A stretch of 63,416 nt of DNA from Solirubrobacterales bacterium (GCA_040901495.1 JBBDYO010000047.1:1-63416), one strand, 5' to 3'; counted from the first letter of the stretch, positions 42,904 through 51,803 are shown. Numbers and translations are program-made. The notes: generated from the sequence alone by a model not told the origin.

Positions 42904-43473
42904 CTATTCGTCGCCCTCTCGAACCCTGAAGCCAATTGGCTTCTTTGGACTTGGGGGTGGAGCGATCAGCCGATGCAAGGCCTTGAAGATCTGTTCCAGT
43001 TGCTCGTCGTGCTCATCGAGTCGTCCGACCATTTCCCGCTCCAAATCCTCTAGCCGCTCCTGAATTGCCGCATAGGAGCTCGCGACGCGGCGAAGCTCCA
43101 CGAATGCACGCATGATCTCGATGTTCACCGCGATGGCCCTCTTGCTTCTCAGGACCGAGGAAAGCATCGCTACTCCTTGCTCGGTGAAGACGTATGGGGC
43201 ATAGCGACGCCCTCCTCGGCCGATGTTTGAGGTCGCAATCTGCGACCTCAAAGCTGGCGCCTCGTCCTTGGTGAGCTGGAACATGAAGTCCTCCGGGAAA
43301 CGTTCCAGGTTTCTCTTCACTTGCTCGACTAGGCGTTTCGTCTCCACGCCATAGAGGGCGGCTAGGTCTTCATCGAGCATCACCTGCCGATCGCGGATGA
43401 CGAAGATCCGCTGCTCGATCGCAGGCGCGGCAATCGACTCGAGCGAGACTGCTTTCTTTCTCGATTGCGCCAT
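42904..43473 (-). CDS. ORF6N-domain protein (phage/mobile-element associated DNA-binding family)
   Basis: IFVIRDRQVMLDEDLAALYGVETKRLVEQVKRNLERFPEDFMFQLT matches the ORF6N domain. Lower GC than neighbouring genes. Confidence 0.7.
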   Translation of the reverse strand: MAQSRKKAVSLESIAAPAIEQRIFVIRDRQVMLDEDLAALYGVETKRLVEQVKRNLERFPEDFMFQLTKDEAPALRSQIATSNIGRGGRRYAPYVFTEQGVAMLSSVLRSKRAIAVNIEIMRAFVELRRVASSYAAIQERLEDLEREMVGRLDEHDEQLEQIFKALHRLIAPPPSPKKPIGFRVREGDE

Positions 43474-43569
43474 TCGCTGGAGGATGGCAAACGATTCGGA
43501 AGCTATTGTCTACATGTACATGCTGCTGGGTGCCTCCTAGCCAAGCAACCGATATATGCTCAGAGATCA

Positions 43570-44211
43570 ATGCGCCGGTTGTTGACTGTTGGAATGGTCG
43601 TGACGGTGGCTGCTGTCATGCCCATCGCCTCCGCATCAGCTGCAAAGGCCTGCCAGGCCGTGGAGTTTGAAGGGCACACGGTCAAGGTCGGCGTTATCGG
43701 GATCGATTGTCCAGGCGGTCGGGAACGTGTTGAGTTGTTCTACGACCGCTGGAACCCCATCATCGGGCCATCTCTCGTCATTGAGGGCTTCCGATGCACG
43801 GGTGCCTCCGCAGGAGCCGATGTGAGGTGCAAAAGCGAAGACCGATGGATCTATGCGACCACTCGCCCCTATGTTGATGTAACGGAACTAAACCCAAAAC
43901 CGCTTGCGGTTTTCCGGAAATGCGGGTCTTCATCTGGCAGCTTCAAGATTGGGCCTGGAATACCGCCTCTCAAGGCTGAAGTACGCCGCATCGTCACTCG
44001 AAACGTGGGCTGCCGGTGGGCGAAGCGCTTCGCCCACCGGCTGTTTTTCGGACAAGAATGCATCTACTGCGATGCCCCGAACTCCTACCACCCAGGCGAC
44101 CGAGTCAGGTTTCGCGGCTTCCTCTGCCGGGTCACCAAAGGTGAACCCCACACCTTTCACTGCCGACGCGGTGGCAAGCGCATCAATTTCAAGACGGCCA
44201 CGCACTTCTAG
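43570..44211 (+). CDS. orphan secreted Cys-rich protein
   Basis: Signal peptide MRRLLTVGMVVTVAAVMPIASASA, many Cys, no recognisable family, lower GC. Confidence 0.5.
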   Translation: MRRLLTVGMVVTVAAVMPIASASAAKACQAVEFEGHTVKVGVIGIDCPGGRERVELFYDRWNPIIGPSLVIEGFRCTGASAGADVRCKSEDRWIYATTRPYVDVTELNPKPLAVFRKCGSSSGSFKIGPGIPPLKAEVRRIVTRNVGCRWAKRFAHRLFFGQECIYCDAPNSYHPGDRVRFRGFLCRVTKGEPHTFHCRRGGKRINFKTATHF

Positions 44212-44297
44212 TGTCCTGAGTCGTAATTTCGCGGCCACCTCGCGGCGTCTGGCCACGCCTGGAGCCGTCGATCGTCACATGCGGCCGCAGAACTAAG

Positions 44298-44804
44298 ATG
44301 TTCTATGTGACATTGCTCGGGTTTCGACGACTTAGCGTTTGCTTCCTGGTTGTTACGGCAGCCGTCTTCTCCCTAGCTCTCAGCAGGGCAGGAACGGCGA
44401 GTACCGTGCAGACCTACATGTCATGTGGATTCCCGCCGACCATCGGCTACGGCATCGAATCCGAAGGCAAGATCAGCTACAGCCGTCACCCTACGCGGTG
44501 TCACTACAGCGACGATAGCTCGACCGCCCGCTTGGTAAACCTGGTCGGGATCCAGTGGAAAGACTGGGGCGAGCCTCGATCCAAGGCCAAGGCCAAGCGG
44601 GTCGACAACCACGATATGGACAACAACGGGTTTCAGCGACACGCCGTTCGTGTCGTTTTGAGCCGGCTCCGCCCTGCCGTCGGGCATCGGGGCAGCAACA
44701 AGCTCTATTACACCCGGCTTCGCATCATCGACGCAGCTGGTCACTCGTGGACGCTCCGCCTGTTCCGGCCGGGCCAAGATCCAATTCGCCTGCCGGAATA
44801 CTGA
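44298..44804 (+). CDS. orphan secreted/membrane-anchored protein
   Basis: N-terminal hydrophobic segment, no recognisable family, lower GC. Confidence 0.45.
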   Translation: MFYVTLLGFRRLSVCFLVVTAAVFSLALSRAGTASTVQTYMSCGFPPTIGYGIESEGKISYSRHPTRCHYSDDSSTARLVNLVGIQWKDWGEPRSKAKAKRVDNHDMDNNGFQRHAVRVVLSRLRPAVGHRGSNKLYYTRLRIIDAAGHSWTLRLFRPGQDPIRLPEY

Positions 44805-44839
44805 GCCAACGCGACCCCGGGCCGGTTCTGAAGAAGAAA

Positions 44840-44913
44840 TCGGGGAGACAGGATTTGAACCTGCGACCGCTCGGCCCCCAGCCGAGTGCGCTACCAGACT
44901 GCGCCACTCCCCG
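44840..44913 (-). tRNA. tRNA-Pro (anticodon GGG)
   Basis: Acceptor CGGGGAG/CTCCCCG+A, anticodon stem CTCGG/CCGAG with loop CTGGGGG, T-loop TTCAAAT. Confidence 0.9.
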
Positions 44914-44968
44914 TGGCTGTTCTCCATTCTGACGAATCAGCTGGCGGGCGGCTACTCTCCTTCTCCGC

Positions 44969-45039
44969 GCGGCGGTAGCTCAACGGTAGAGCCTCAGCCT
45001 TCCAAGCTGATGACGCGAGTTCGATTCTCGTCCGCCGCT
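44969..45039 (+). tRNA. tRNA-Gly (anticodon TCC)
   Basis: Acceptor GCGGCGG/CCGCCGC+T, anticodon stem TCAGC/GCTGA with loop CTTCCAA, T-loop TTCGATT. Confidence 0.9.
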
Positions 45040-45041
45040 TG

Positions 45042-46237
45042 ATGGGCCGCTCGCTCGCCTGCCTTCTCGCCGTCCTCGGCGCTCTTGCTATCGCTGGCTG
45101 CGGCGATGGCTCGAGCGATGGGCCGGGGGTCGACGGCGAGCAGTTGGTCGACTGGCCGCTGTTCGGACGCGTGCCGGAGCGCACCCATTACCTCCCGACC
45201 GAGCGGCAGGCGCTCGACCCGCCGCTTCGCGAGAAATGGTCGATCAACACCATGGGCTGATCGAGTTCCCGCCCGCGCTCGCCGGCGGCGTCGCCTACGT
45301 CGTCAACAAGTACGGCAACCTGCGAGCGGTCCGGCTCAAAGACCACAAGACGCTGTGGGAACGCACCCGCGATCCCAGCAACAAAGGCAAGCCGACCGAT
45401 GTGACCGCGCCGGCCTACCACGAAGGCCTGGTGTTCATCGCCTTCCTGGATGGCGAACTGGTCGCGCTCGATGCGGAGAGCGGCAAGCCCGCTTGGAAGC
45501 GCCACCTGCCAGGGCACCTCGAATCCTCGCCACTTGCCGTCGAGGGAATGCTCTACATCGGCTCCGACACGACCAACCTGATCGCCCTGCGCTCCTCCGA
45601 CGGGAAGACCCTCTGGCAGTTCAACGCTCCCGGGGCGATCAAAGCGAGCCCCAGCCATCACGACGGTCGCGTCTATGCCGCCGACTACGAGGGAGCGATG
45701 TTCTGTCTCGACGCCACCAGCGGCAAGCTGTTCTGGCGCACCAACACAACCAAGGTGCGGCCGTTTGGCGAAGGAGGCTTCTACTCATCGCCGGCGATCG
45801 ACTTCGGCCACGTCTATGCGGCGCGCGACGACGGCACCGTCTTCGCCTTCGACGAAAAGACCGGAGAGGTGGCCTGGTCTTTTCCGACCAACGACTACGT
45901 CTACGGCTCGCCGGCGGTCGCCGAGGTCCCCGGCACCCCGCCGACCGTTTACATCGGCTCCTACGACGAGCACTTCTACGCATTGAACGCCTTGAGTGGA
46001 AAGCAGGAGTGGAAATTCGACGTCGGTGGGCCCGTGCCGGGGACCGCGACGGTGATCGGCCACACCGTCTACACCTCGAGCTTCAAGACCCGGGAGACGA
46101 TCGGGCTAGACGTCCACACCCATCGCAAAATCTTCGAGCTGCGCCAAGCCGGCTACACGCCGGTCGTCTCCGACGGGCGCCATCTCTATCTGGTCAGCTA
46201 CTACGAGCTGATCGGCCTGCAGCCGAAGCGGCGCTGA
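45042..46237 (+). pseudogene. PQQ-like beta-propeller lipoprotein gene split by a frameshift near 45250
   Basis: The 45042-45260 frame encodes a lipoprotein signal (LAVLGALAIAGCG) and the start of a PQQ-type repeat, then stops. The body continues in the -1 frame (GLIEFPPALAGGVAYVV ... repeated G-x-L-x-A-L/D-x-x-x-G-K-x-x-W). Confidence 0.55.
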
Positions 46238-46323
46238 GGCACGAATCTCACGTTTCGCCCGCCCGCCTCGCGGCCAGGCTTTTACCGACGGTGAGACCAC
46301 GCGCAGAACGACGATCACCGGAC

Positions 46324-46495
46324 CTAAGCGACTATCCGAAAACTCGCGTGTGCGGCTGGTGAGCGCCGGACCGAGCGGGGCAAGGAAGCAGGGAGGCCTA
46401 ATGGCAGCACCATTTGGCCGACCGTGGGACGCCGTCCCCGCGAAGTGTGTCCGCCGCCGCCAGGCGTGCGCGGGGGTTTTCGGATAATCGCTAAG
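46324..46495. repeat. intergenic element bounded by 20-nt imperfect inverted repeats
   Basis: CTAAGCGACTATCCGAAAAC (46324-46343) vs GTTTTCGGATAATCGCTAAG (46476-46495): 18 of 20 positions complementary, 132-nt spacer. Confidence 0.6.
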
Positions 46496-46520
46496 TCGTA
46501 GGAACCGAGATGATGGGTGG

Positions 46521-46802
46521 ATGCCCCAGCCCCGCCGCGCGAAAAAATCCGCCGAACGCGAGGACTATGGCTGGGTGATCTCCTTCGGCTGTAAAGCGAC
46601 AGGCACGCTGCGCCGCCTCAAAGTCACCACCGACCCGGCCTCCGACACGCGGCCGATCGAAGTCCCCTGCGTGTGCGGCGACGTCCACCGCGTCACCGTC
46701 TCCCCCTACCGTCGCCGCCGCTCCGCCGACGAACCCTTTGACGTCGAGGTCAAGTCGCTCGACGAGCTGCGCTCGGACTCGGGCACGCGGCCTCGTAGAT
46801 GA
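46521..46802 (+). CDS. hypothetical small basic protein
   Basis: 93-aa ORF with coding-like composition and no recognisable motif. Confidence 0.35.
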   Translation: MPQPRRAKKSAEREDYGWVISFGCKATGTLRRLKVTTDPASDTRPIEVPCVCGDVHRVTVSPYRRRRSADEPFDVEVKSLDELRSDSGTRPRR

Positions 46803-46848
46803 GCTGCAACCCAGCCCTTTAGTGCGCTAGGAGCAGACTTAGAAAGGC

Positions 46849-47304
46849 CTACTCAAGGCGCTGGGCAACGGCCTTGGCTCGGTAGTCGAAGATCCGCTCA
46901 AGGTCACGGCGAACGAAGAGGACATGCGCGAGTTCGCCGAGCGGGCCCAGCGGGATCGCGTAGCGGACGCGGTCGTGTATGACAGTCGCGGCGTCGCCCG
47001 CCTTCTCGAACAAATGGGTGTGCTCCCAGAGCGAGTAGGGGCCCTTGAGCTGTGTGTCGACGAAGCGCAGTGGCGGTTCCCAGGTCTCGATCCGGGTCTG
47101 CCATCGAACCGGCACTCCGTGCAACTTCAGCTTGTAGTCGAGCAGCGTGCCCGGCCGAAAGGTCAACTCGCCGGGCGTCGTCACCTCGAAGTGAAGCCAG
47201 GGCGGCGTCAGTGGCTCCAGATTGTGAGAGTCCCCGTAGAAATCGAAAGCCTGCTCGATCGGAACCTCGACTCGCTGACTGCGCTCGAGGATGTGTACGG
47301 ACAC
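46849..47304 (-). CDS. SRPBCC (START/cyclase-dehydrase-like) family protein
   Basis: 151 aa with the pattern F..Y.D..N...L.PPW ... G.Y..WEH.H.F typical of SRPBCC proteins. Confidence 0.65.
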   Translation of the reverse strand: MSVHILERSQRVEVPIEQAFDFYGDSHNLEPLTPPWLHFEVTTPGELTFRPGTLLDYKLKLHGVPVRWQTRIETWEPPLRFVDTQLKGPYSLWEHTHLFEKAGDAATVIHDRVRYAIPLGPLGELAHVLFVRRDLERIFDYRAKAVAQRLE

Positions 47305-47349
47305 GGGGCTCAGTCTTGCAGTCCCGCTGTAGGGGGCTACCTTTAAGAG

Positions 47350-48249
47350 ATCGCAACGAGCACACTCATTGCCGGCGCCACCGGTTTCATCGGCGTCCGG
47401 CTGGCCGCCTCTCTGGCGGATACGGAGTCATCTGTGCGATGCCTCGTTCGAGATCCCTCGAAAGCCCACTCGCTCCAGGCGGCAGGCTTCGACCTCCACA
47501 CAGGGGACGTCACCGACGCAGAGAGCCTGGCTGGTGCAGGGAAAGACGTCGAGGTCGCCTATTACCTAGTCCACGCAATGGCCGGGGGTGGCGGGTTCGC
47601 CGAGCGAGAGCAGGTCGGGGCGCAGAACTTCGGCCGAATGGCCAAGCGCGAAGGCGTCAAGCGGGTCATTTACCTCGGGGGACTGGGAGACGTGAGCAAG
47701 TCAAAGCACCTGAGCAGCCGCCACCGGACCGCGAGCGTCCTTGCCGCCGAGGGGCCTCCGCTCACCTACTTCCGGGCAGCGATGGTCGTCGGCGCCGGCA
47801 GCGAGTCCTATCGGACCCTGCGCTATCTGGTGAGACGGTTGCCTGTAATGATCGCCCCCAGCTGGCTGCGGACAGCCACGCAGCCGATCGGCATCGACGC
47901 AACGGTTGAGTATCTGCGACGGGCGCCCGGGGTCCCCGAGTCAGAGGGCCGAGAAGTTCAGATCGGCGGCCCCGACGTTGTCTCCTACTCAGAGATGATG
48001 GATCGGATGGCGATCGCCATGGGCAAGCGGCCACGGCGAAAGATCCCGGTCCCCTTCATCACGCCGTGGCTGTCGGCGCTCTGGCTTGGCCTGGTGACTC
48101 CGGTCGATGTGAAGGTGGCGCGTCCGCTCGTCGAGGGCCTGACCACGGCAACCATCGTCACGGACCCCTCTGGAGCCGAGCCGTTCGGCATCGCACCGGA
48201 GTCGTTTGACGAGGCCCTGCGACGCGCGCTCGCAGAGGAAGAGAACTGA
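47350..48249 (+). CDS. NmrA/SDR-a5-like NAD(P)-binding protein (start codon uncertain)
   Basis: The Rossmann motif IAGATGFIG is encoded at 47368-47394, upstream of the first canonical start (GTG at 47434). The frame is open from 47347, with only ATC (47350) or ATT (47368) as near-cognate starts. Confidence 0.6.
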   Translation: MATSTLIAGATGFIGVRLAASLADTESSVRCLVRDPSKAHSLQAAGFDLHTGDVTDAESLAGAGKDVEVAYYLVHAMAGGGGFAEREQVGAQNFGRMAKREGVKRVIYLGGLGDVSKSKHLSSRHRTASVLAAEGPPLTYFRAAMVVGAGSESYRTLRYLVRRLPVMIAPSWLRTATQPIGIDATVEYLRRAPGVPESEGREVQIGGPDVVSYSEMMDRMAIAMGKRPRRKIPVPFITPWLSALWLGLVTPVDVKVARPLVEGLTTATIVTDPSGAEPFGIAPESFDEALRRALAEEEN

Positions 48250-48293
48250 CTGTCTCAGGTTCCGTCCAAGACCTCTCGGCCAGCTACGGAGAA

Positions 48294-48367
48294 CGGGGCA
48301 GCCAGGGCTCGAACCTGGAATCTTCGGTTTTGGAGACCGACGCCTTAGCCAATTTGGCCACTGCCCC
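48294..48367 (-). tRNA. tRNA-Trp (anticodon CCA)
   Basis: Acceptor GGGGCAG/CTGCCCC+G, anticodon stem TCGGT/ACCGA with loop CTCCAAA, T-arm CCAGG-TTCGAGC-CCTGG. Confidence 0.85.
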
Positions 48368-48558
48368 GAGCCACAAACTCTACCTTTAGACACTTCAGAT
48401 GGTCCCGATCGGCCGGGACCACGACAAGCGTTGGGCTCGGCGGAACTATTGCCAAATTTCCCGAGGGGGTCTCCCCCGCGCTTCGCAGATCCACTCGGTC
48501 GGTTGAGGCCATAGTGAGATGAAGTCAAACTCTTCACTGGGCTTGACTAGCAACGGTT

Positions 48559-48813
48559 CTAGGCCCACAGGGCACCGATCGGAACCGCGAAGATCCGATC
48601 GCCAAGGGGAACGGTGGTTTCGCCGGTATAGAGGAGCACCCCGCAACGAAAGCTCTTGGCGCGTGCGTCGCGCAAGCGCGAGAGGGCGCGCCAGTCAGCG
48701 TCCCTAACGGAGGCACTGGCCTTCACCTCTACCGCAGCGATGTGTCCGACGCGATCCTCAGGCACGAGATCGACCTCATCGCGCCCCTGCCGGTAGTGAA
48801 AGAGCCTCGACGA
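48559..48813 (-). pseudogene. 3' remnant of a DUF4143-type ATPase gene
   Basis: Only the last ~84 codons are open (LFHYRQGRDEVDLVPEDRVGHIAAVEVKAS ... LLYTGETTVPLGDRIFAVPIGALWA), matching the C-terminus of AAA/DUF4143 proteins. An in-frame TGA at 48814-48816 and AT-rich non-coding DNA lie upstream. Confidence 0.6.
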
Positions 48814-49179
48814 TCAGCTTTTTACTCCCGCGAGGGATCAGCTCAGGCATGGAATCCGGTTGGTGTTAAATGCGGATTTGGTTTGTGCAAAATGCGAAAT
48901 CGGTTGATGTAAAAGGGCGGTTTTGCTTCCCAAAAACAGACGGGCACAACCGGCTCTAGGGAACGGCTAGGGAACGAAATACCGAAAGAGGCCCATCGCG
49001 GTCAAAAGTACCCAAAATCTATTTCACGGTTTGGAGACCGTGCGCATAGCCGTTAACTCACTCCCCCCAGGAGTTTCGACAAGGCCAAATCCTAGTCCTG
49101 GCGATTCACGGAGCGTCCATCGTGCGCTTGGATCGGGCCATATTTTGCTCGACATGGGCACGTCCCCTACCCTTCGCCT

Positions 49180-50991
49180 ATGACTTCGATGAGCTCTCGC
49201 CCCTGGAAGCGGTCGCATCTGGCGATCGGAATCGTCTTGCTCGCGTCCCTCGCGGCGGGCTACACAGCTGCCGGAGGTACGGCGGCGTCGAGCTGCCTCG
49301 GCAAGAAGGCAACGATCGTCAAGGGTGGCGGCAACGACACGATCGTCGGCACCAAGGCTCCCGACGTGATCGATGCCGGTGGCGGCAATGACGTAATCCA
49401 TGGCCTGGGCGGCAACGACCGGATCTGCGGCGGCGCGGGCAAAGATCGCATCCTCGCCGGCAAAGGGGTCGATCGCGTCTCCGGCGGGGGTGGCGATGAC
49501 TTCATCATCGGCGACAGGGGCGCCGACAAGCTCGCCGGCGACGGCGGCGATGACTACATCGACGGCCAAAAGGGCAGCGACCTCCTCAAAGGCGGAGGCG
49601 GCAACGACCGGCTCCTTGGCGACAAGGGCAACGACACGATGCTTGGCGGCGGTGGCAAAGACGAGCTCGACGGCGGGCTCGGCGACGAGAAGCTGATCGA
49701 CGGCGGCAAGGGCGACGGCGACGTTGTGATCGGCAACCTCGGCACCGACAAGCTCAGCGGCGGGCCCGGAGACGGAGATGTGGTCCGCGGCGATGCTGGA
49801 ATCGATACGCTCGACGGTGGAGGTGGAAAGCACGACATCGCCTCCTTCGCGACCGCCTCGCAGCCCGGCGTCATCGTCAACATTGCCGCCGGCACGGCCA
49901 AAGGCGACGGCAAGGACACGTTGAAGCGGATCAGCGATGTGGTCGGCTCCGCCTTTGACGACACAATCACCGGCAGCAAGGGGGTCAACCTGATCGACGG
50001 TGGGCCCGGCAACGACGACCTGAATGGCATGGCGCCCAGCGGTGAGGGCGATGGCGATCAGGGCTTCGGAGGACCTGGGGCCGACGCCTGCCAGGACTTC
50101 GGCTCAACCAGCTCCTGCAACGACCGCATTCCGCCCCAGCAGGTAACCAGCGTAGAGCTCAACGACGGCCTCGACGGTAAGAGCCTGGTCATCACCGGCA
50201 TCGGGCATGACAGCAACATCTCGGTCTCATTCGGCGGAGCCTTCATCGTCTCCGACACTGCCGGCGTCGAGACCCGGGCCGGCACCGGCTGCGCGATCGT
50301 CGACAGCCAGACCGCGCGTTGCGAGGCGACCCCAGGCGCTCTCAACTTCATCCTGATCGATGCCGGCAACGGCAACGACACGATCACCATCGCCGGCAAC
50401 GTTCCCGGCTCCCTGCCCGTTCGCGCCAACGGCGGCAACGGCAACGACAACATCAACGGCGGCGCCGGCGACGACATCCTCGAGTCAGGCGACGAGTACT
50501 CGGGCACCAGCGGCAACGACACCCTCAACGGGAACGAGGGCTCGGACGGGCTGGTCAGCGACCCCGGGGGCGACGTGATGAACGGCGGGCCCGGCAATGA
50601 CCTGATGGTCTCCTCGGCGGCGCTCTGCCAGGGGCATACCTTCGACGGCGGGCCGGGGATCGACACGGCCTCCTGGGCACGCTCGAAGCCGGCCGGCGGC
50701 ATGGTGATGACGCTTGGAGGAACCGCCGGGCCCAGTGGCTGCAGAGCCCTCGACAGGGTCCTCAGCTCGAACGAGAGCCTGGAGGGCTCCGACGGCGACG
50801 ATGTCCTCAACGGCGATGACGGCAACAACCACCTGATGGGCCATCTGGGGGCCGACGTCTTCAACGGAAGCGGCGGTTCCGATTTGATCGATGCCCTCGA
50901 CGGCGAGCGCGACAAGGCGATCGACTGCGGGCCCGGCGATGACCAGGGTGCCAGCGTCGATTCCGTCGACCCGCCGGCGCGCAGCTGCTGA
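49180..50991 (+). CDS. secreted calcium-binding protein with RTX-type (GGxGxD) repeats
   Basis: N-terminal signal peptide, then more than 20 repeats such as GGGNDVIHG, GGNDRICGG, GGGDDFIIG, GGGNDRLLG. Confidence 0.8.
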   Translation: MTSMSSRPWKRSHLAIGIVLLASLAAGYTAAGGTAASSCLGKKATIVKGGGNDTIVGTKAPDVIDAGGGNDVIHGLGGNDRICGGAGKDRILAGKGVDRVSGGGGDDFIIGDRGADKLAGDGGDDYIDGQKGSDLLKGGGGNDRLLGDKGNDTMLGGGGKDELDGGLGDEKLIDGGKGDGDVVIGNLGTDKLSGGPGDGDVVRGDAGIDTLDGGGGKHDIASFATASQPGVIVNIAAGTAKGDGKDTLKRISDVVGSAFDDTITGSKGVNLIDGGPGNDDLNGMAPSGEGDGDQGFGGPGADACQDFGSTSSCNDRIPPQQVTSVELNDGLDGKSLVITGIGHDSNISVSFGGAFIVSDTAGVETRAGTGCAIVDSQTARCEATPGALNFILIDAGNGNDTITIAGNVPGSLPVRANGGNGNDNINGGAGDDILESGDEYSGTSGNDTLNGNEGSDGLVSDPGGDVMNGGPGNDLMVSSAALCQGHTFDGGPGIDTASWARSKPAGGMVMTLGGTAGPSGCRALDRVLSSNESLEGSDGDDVLNGDDGNNHLMGHLGADVFNGSGGSDLIDALDGERDKAIDCGPGDDQGASVDSVDPPARSC

Positions 50992-51011
50992 GCAACCGTG
51001 CTGATGAAAAG

Positions 51012-51096
51012 TGCGGGCGGAGGGACTTGAACCCCCACGGGCCGAAGCCCACCAGGACCTAAACCTGGCGCGTCTGCCAAATTCCGCCACGCCCGC
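51012..51096 (-). tRNA. tRNA-Leu (anticodon TAG)
   Basis: Acceptor GCGGGCG/CGCCCGC+A, anticodon stem CCAGG/CCTGG with loop TTTAGGT, long variable arm. Confidence 0.9.
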
Positions 51097-51155
51097 GTGA
51101 CTGCCCATTCTGGGCTTAACGCACGACCAATGCCGCGTCGTCGCGGATAGATTCT

Positions 51156-51698
51156 ATGATCGGGGGCGTGACGGTAGGAGAGGTGAGGCCCGGGTACGAG
51201 CTTTGGCATCCCAATCGGGAAAAGGCCGAGGTGGTCACGACCAAGTTCGTGGTCGCCCTGCTGATGGCCGCGACGTCGGTGGTCGCCGCGCTGGTCACGA
51301 TCGGGGGCTTCTCGCTGCTCAGTGGCGGCGGCGGGATGGGCGTCGTCTGCCTGGTCTTCGTCGCGCTCTACGCGTTCTTCGCCTACCTCGTGACCAGGTG
51401 GAGCCGTGGCATCCTGCCGGTCGCCGCCGCCCTCTCGATGATCCTCGCGATCTTTTGCGCCGTTGGCGCCAACAGCTGGTTCGCGCGCGACAAGACCGGC
51501 TTCGACGAGGCGACGCTTCCGGTGCCGGTGATCGGCCTGCTGCTCGTCATCCTCGGTTTGCTCCAGATCCTCCTGATCGCCGCGGCCTTCTACGGCTTCA
51601 GCCAGGACTGGCACGTCGAGGAGGAGCGGCCGATCGGCTCCGGCGAGGACTACGGCGCCGGCGCACCGCCGGACAAAAGCTCCCCGCAACCCGCCTAA
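51156..51698 (+). CDS. hypothetical four-TM membrane protein
   Basis: 180 aa with four hydrophobic helices and an acidic/Pro tail; no known family recognised. Confidence 0.5.
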   Translation: MIGGVTVGEVRPGYELWHPNREKAEVVTTKFVVALLMAATSVVAALVTIGGFSLLSGGGGMGVVCLVFVALYAFFAYLVTRWSRGILPVAAALSMILAIFCAVGANSWFARDKTGFDEATLPVPVIGLLLVILGLLQILLIAAAFYGFSQDWHVEEERPIGSGEDYGAGAPPDKSSPQPA

Positions 51699-51803
51699 AC
51701 GCTTCGAGGCGGAAGCCGCCGCAGGGCCTCGTCAGACGCGGCTCTGTCGCAGATCGCGATAGGAGCGAGATCTCAATCGCCCGAACAATTTTCCTATCTC
51801 TAG

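Noticed and set aside
42880-44840. Search for att-type direct repeats of the tRNA-Pro 3' end, and for an integrase delimiting an island.
   Set aside because: No copy of the tRNA 3' segment (GGATTTGAACC...) and no integrase or transposase ORF were found by eye. Only composition and gene content support foreign origin.
45236-45260. Programmed -1 ribosomal frameshift in the PQQ-like gene.
   Set aside because: There is no slippery heptamer or downstream structure. A simple 1-nt loss in a short C run, or a sequencing error, is more parsimonious.
49260-50000. Periodic DNA repeats that might suggest a CRISPR-like array.
   Set aside because: The periodicity is the 27-nt RTX nonapeptide repeat inside one long ORF. 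There are no unique spacers and no cas genes.
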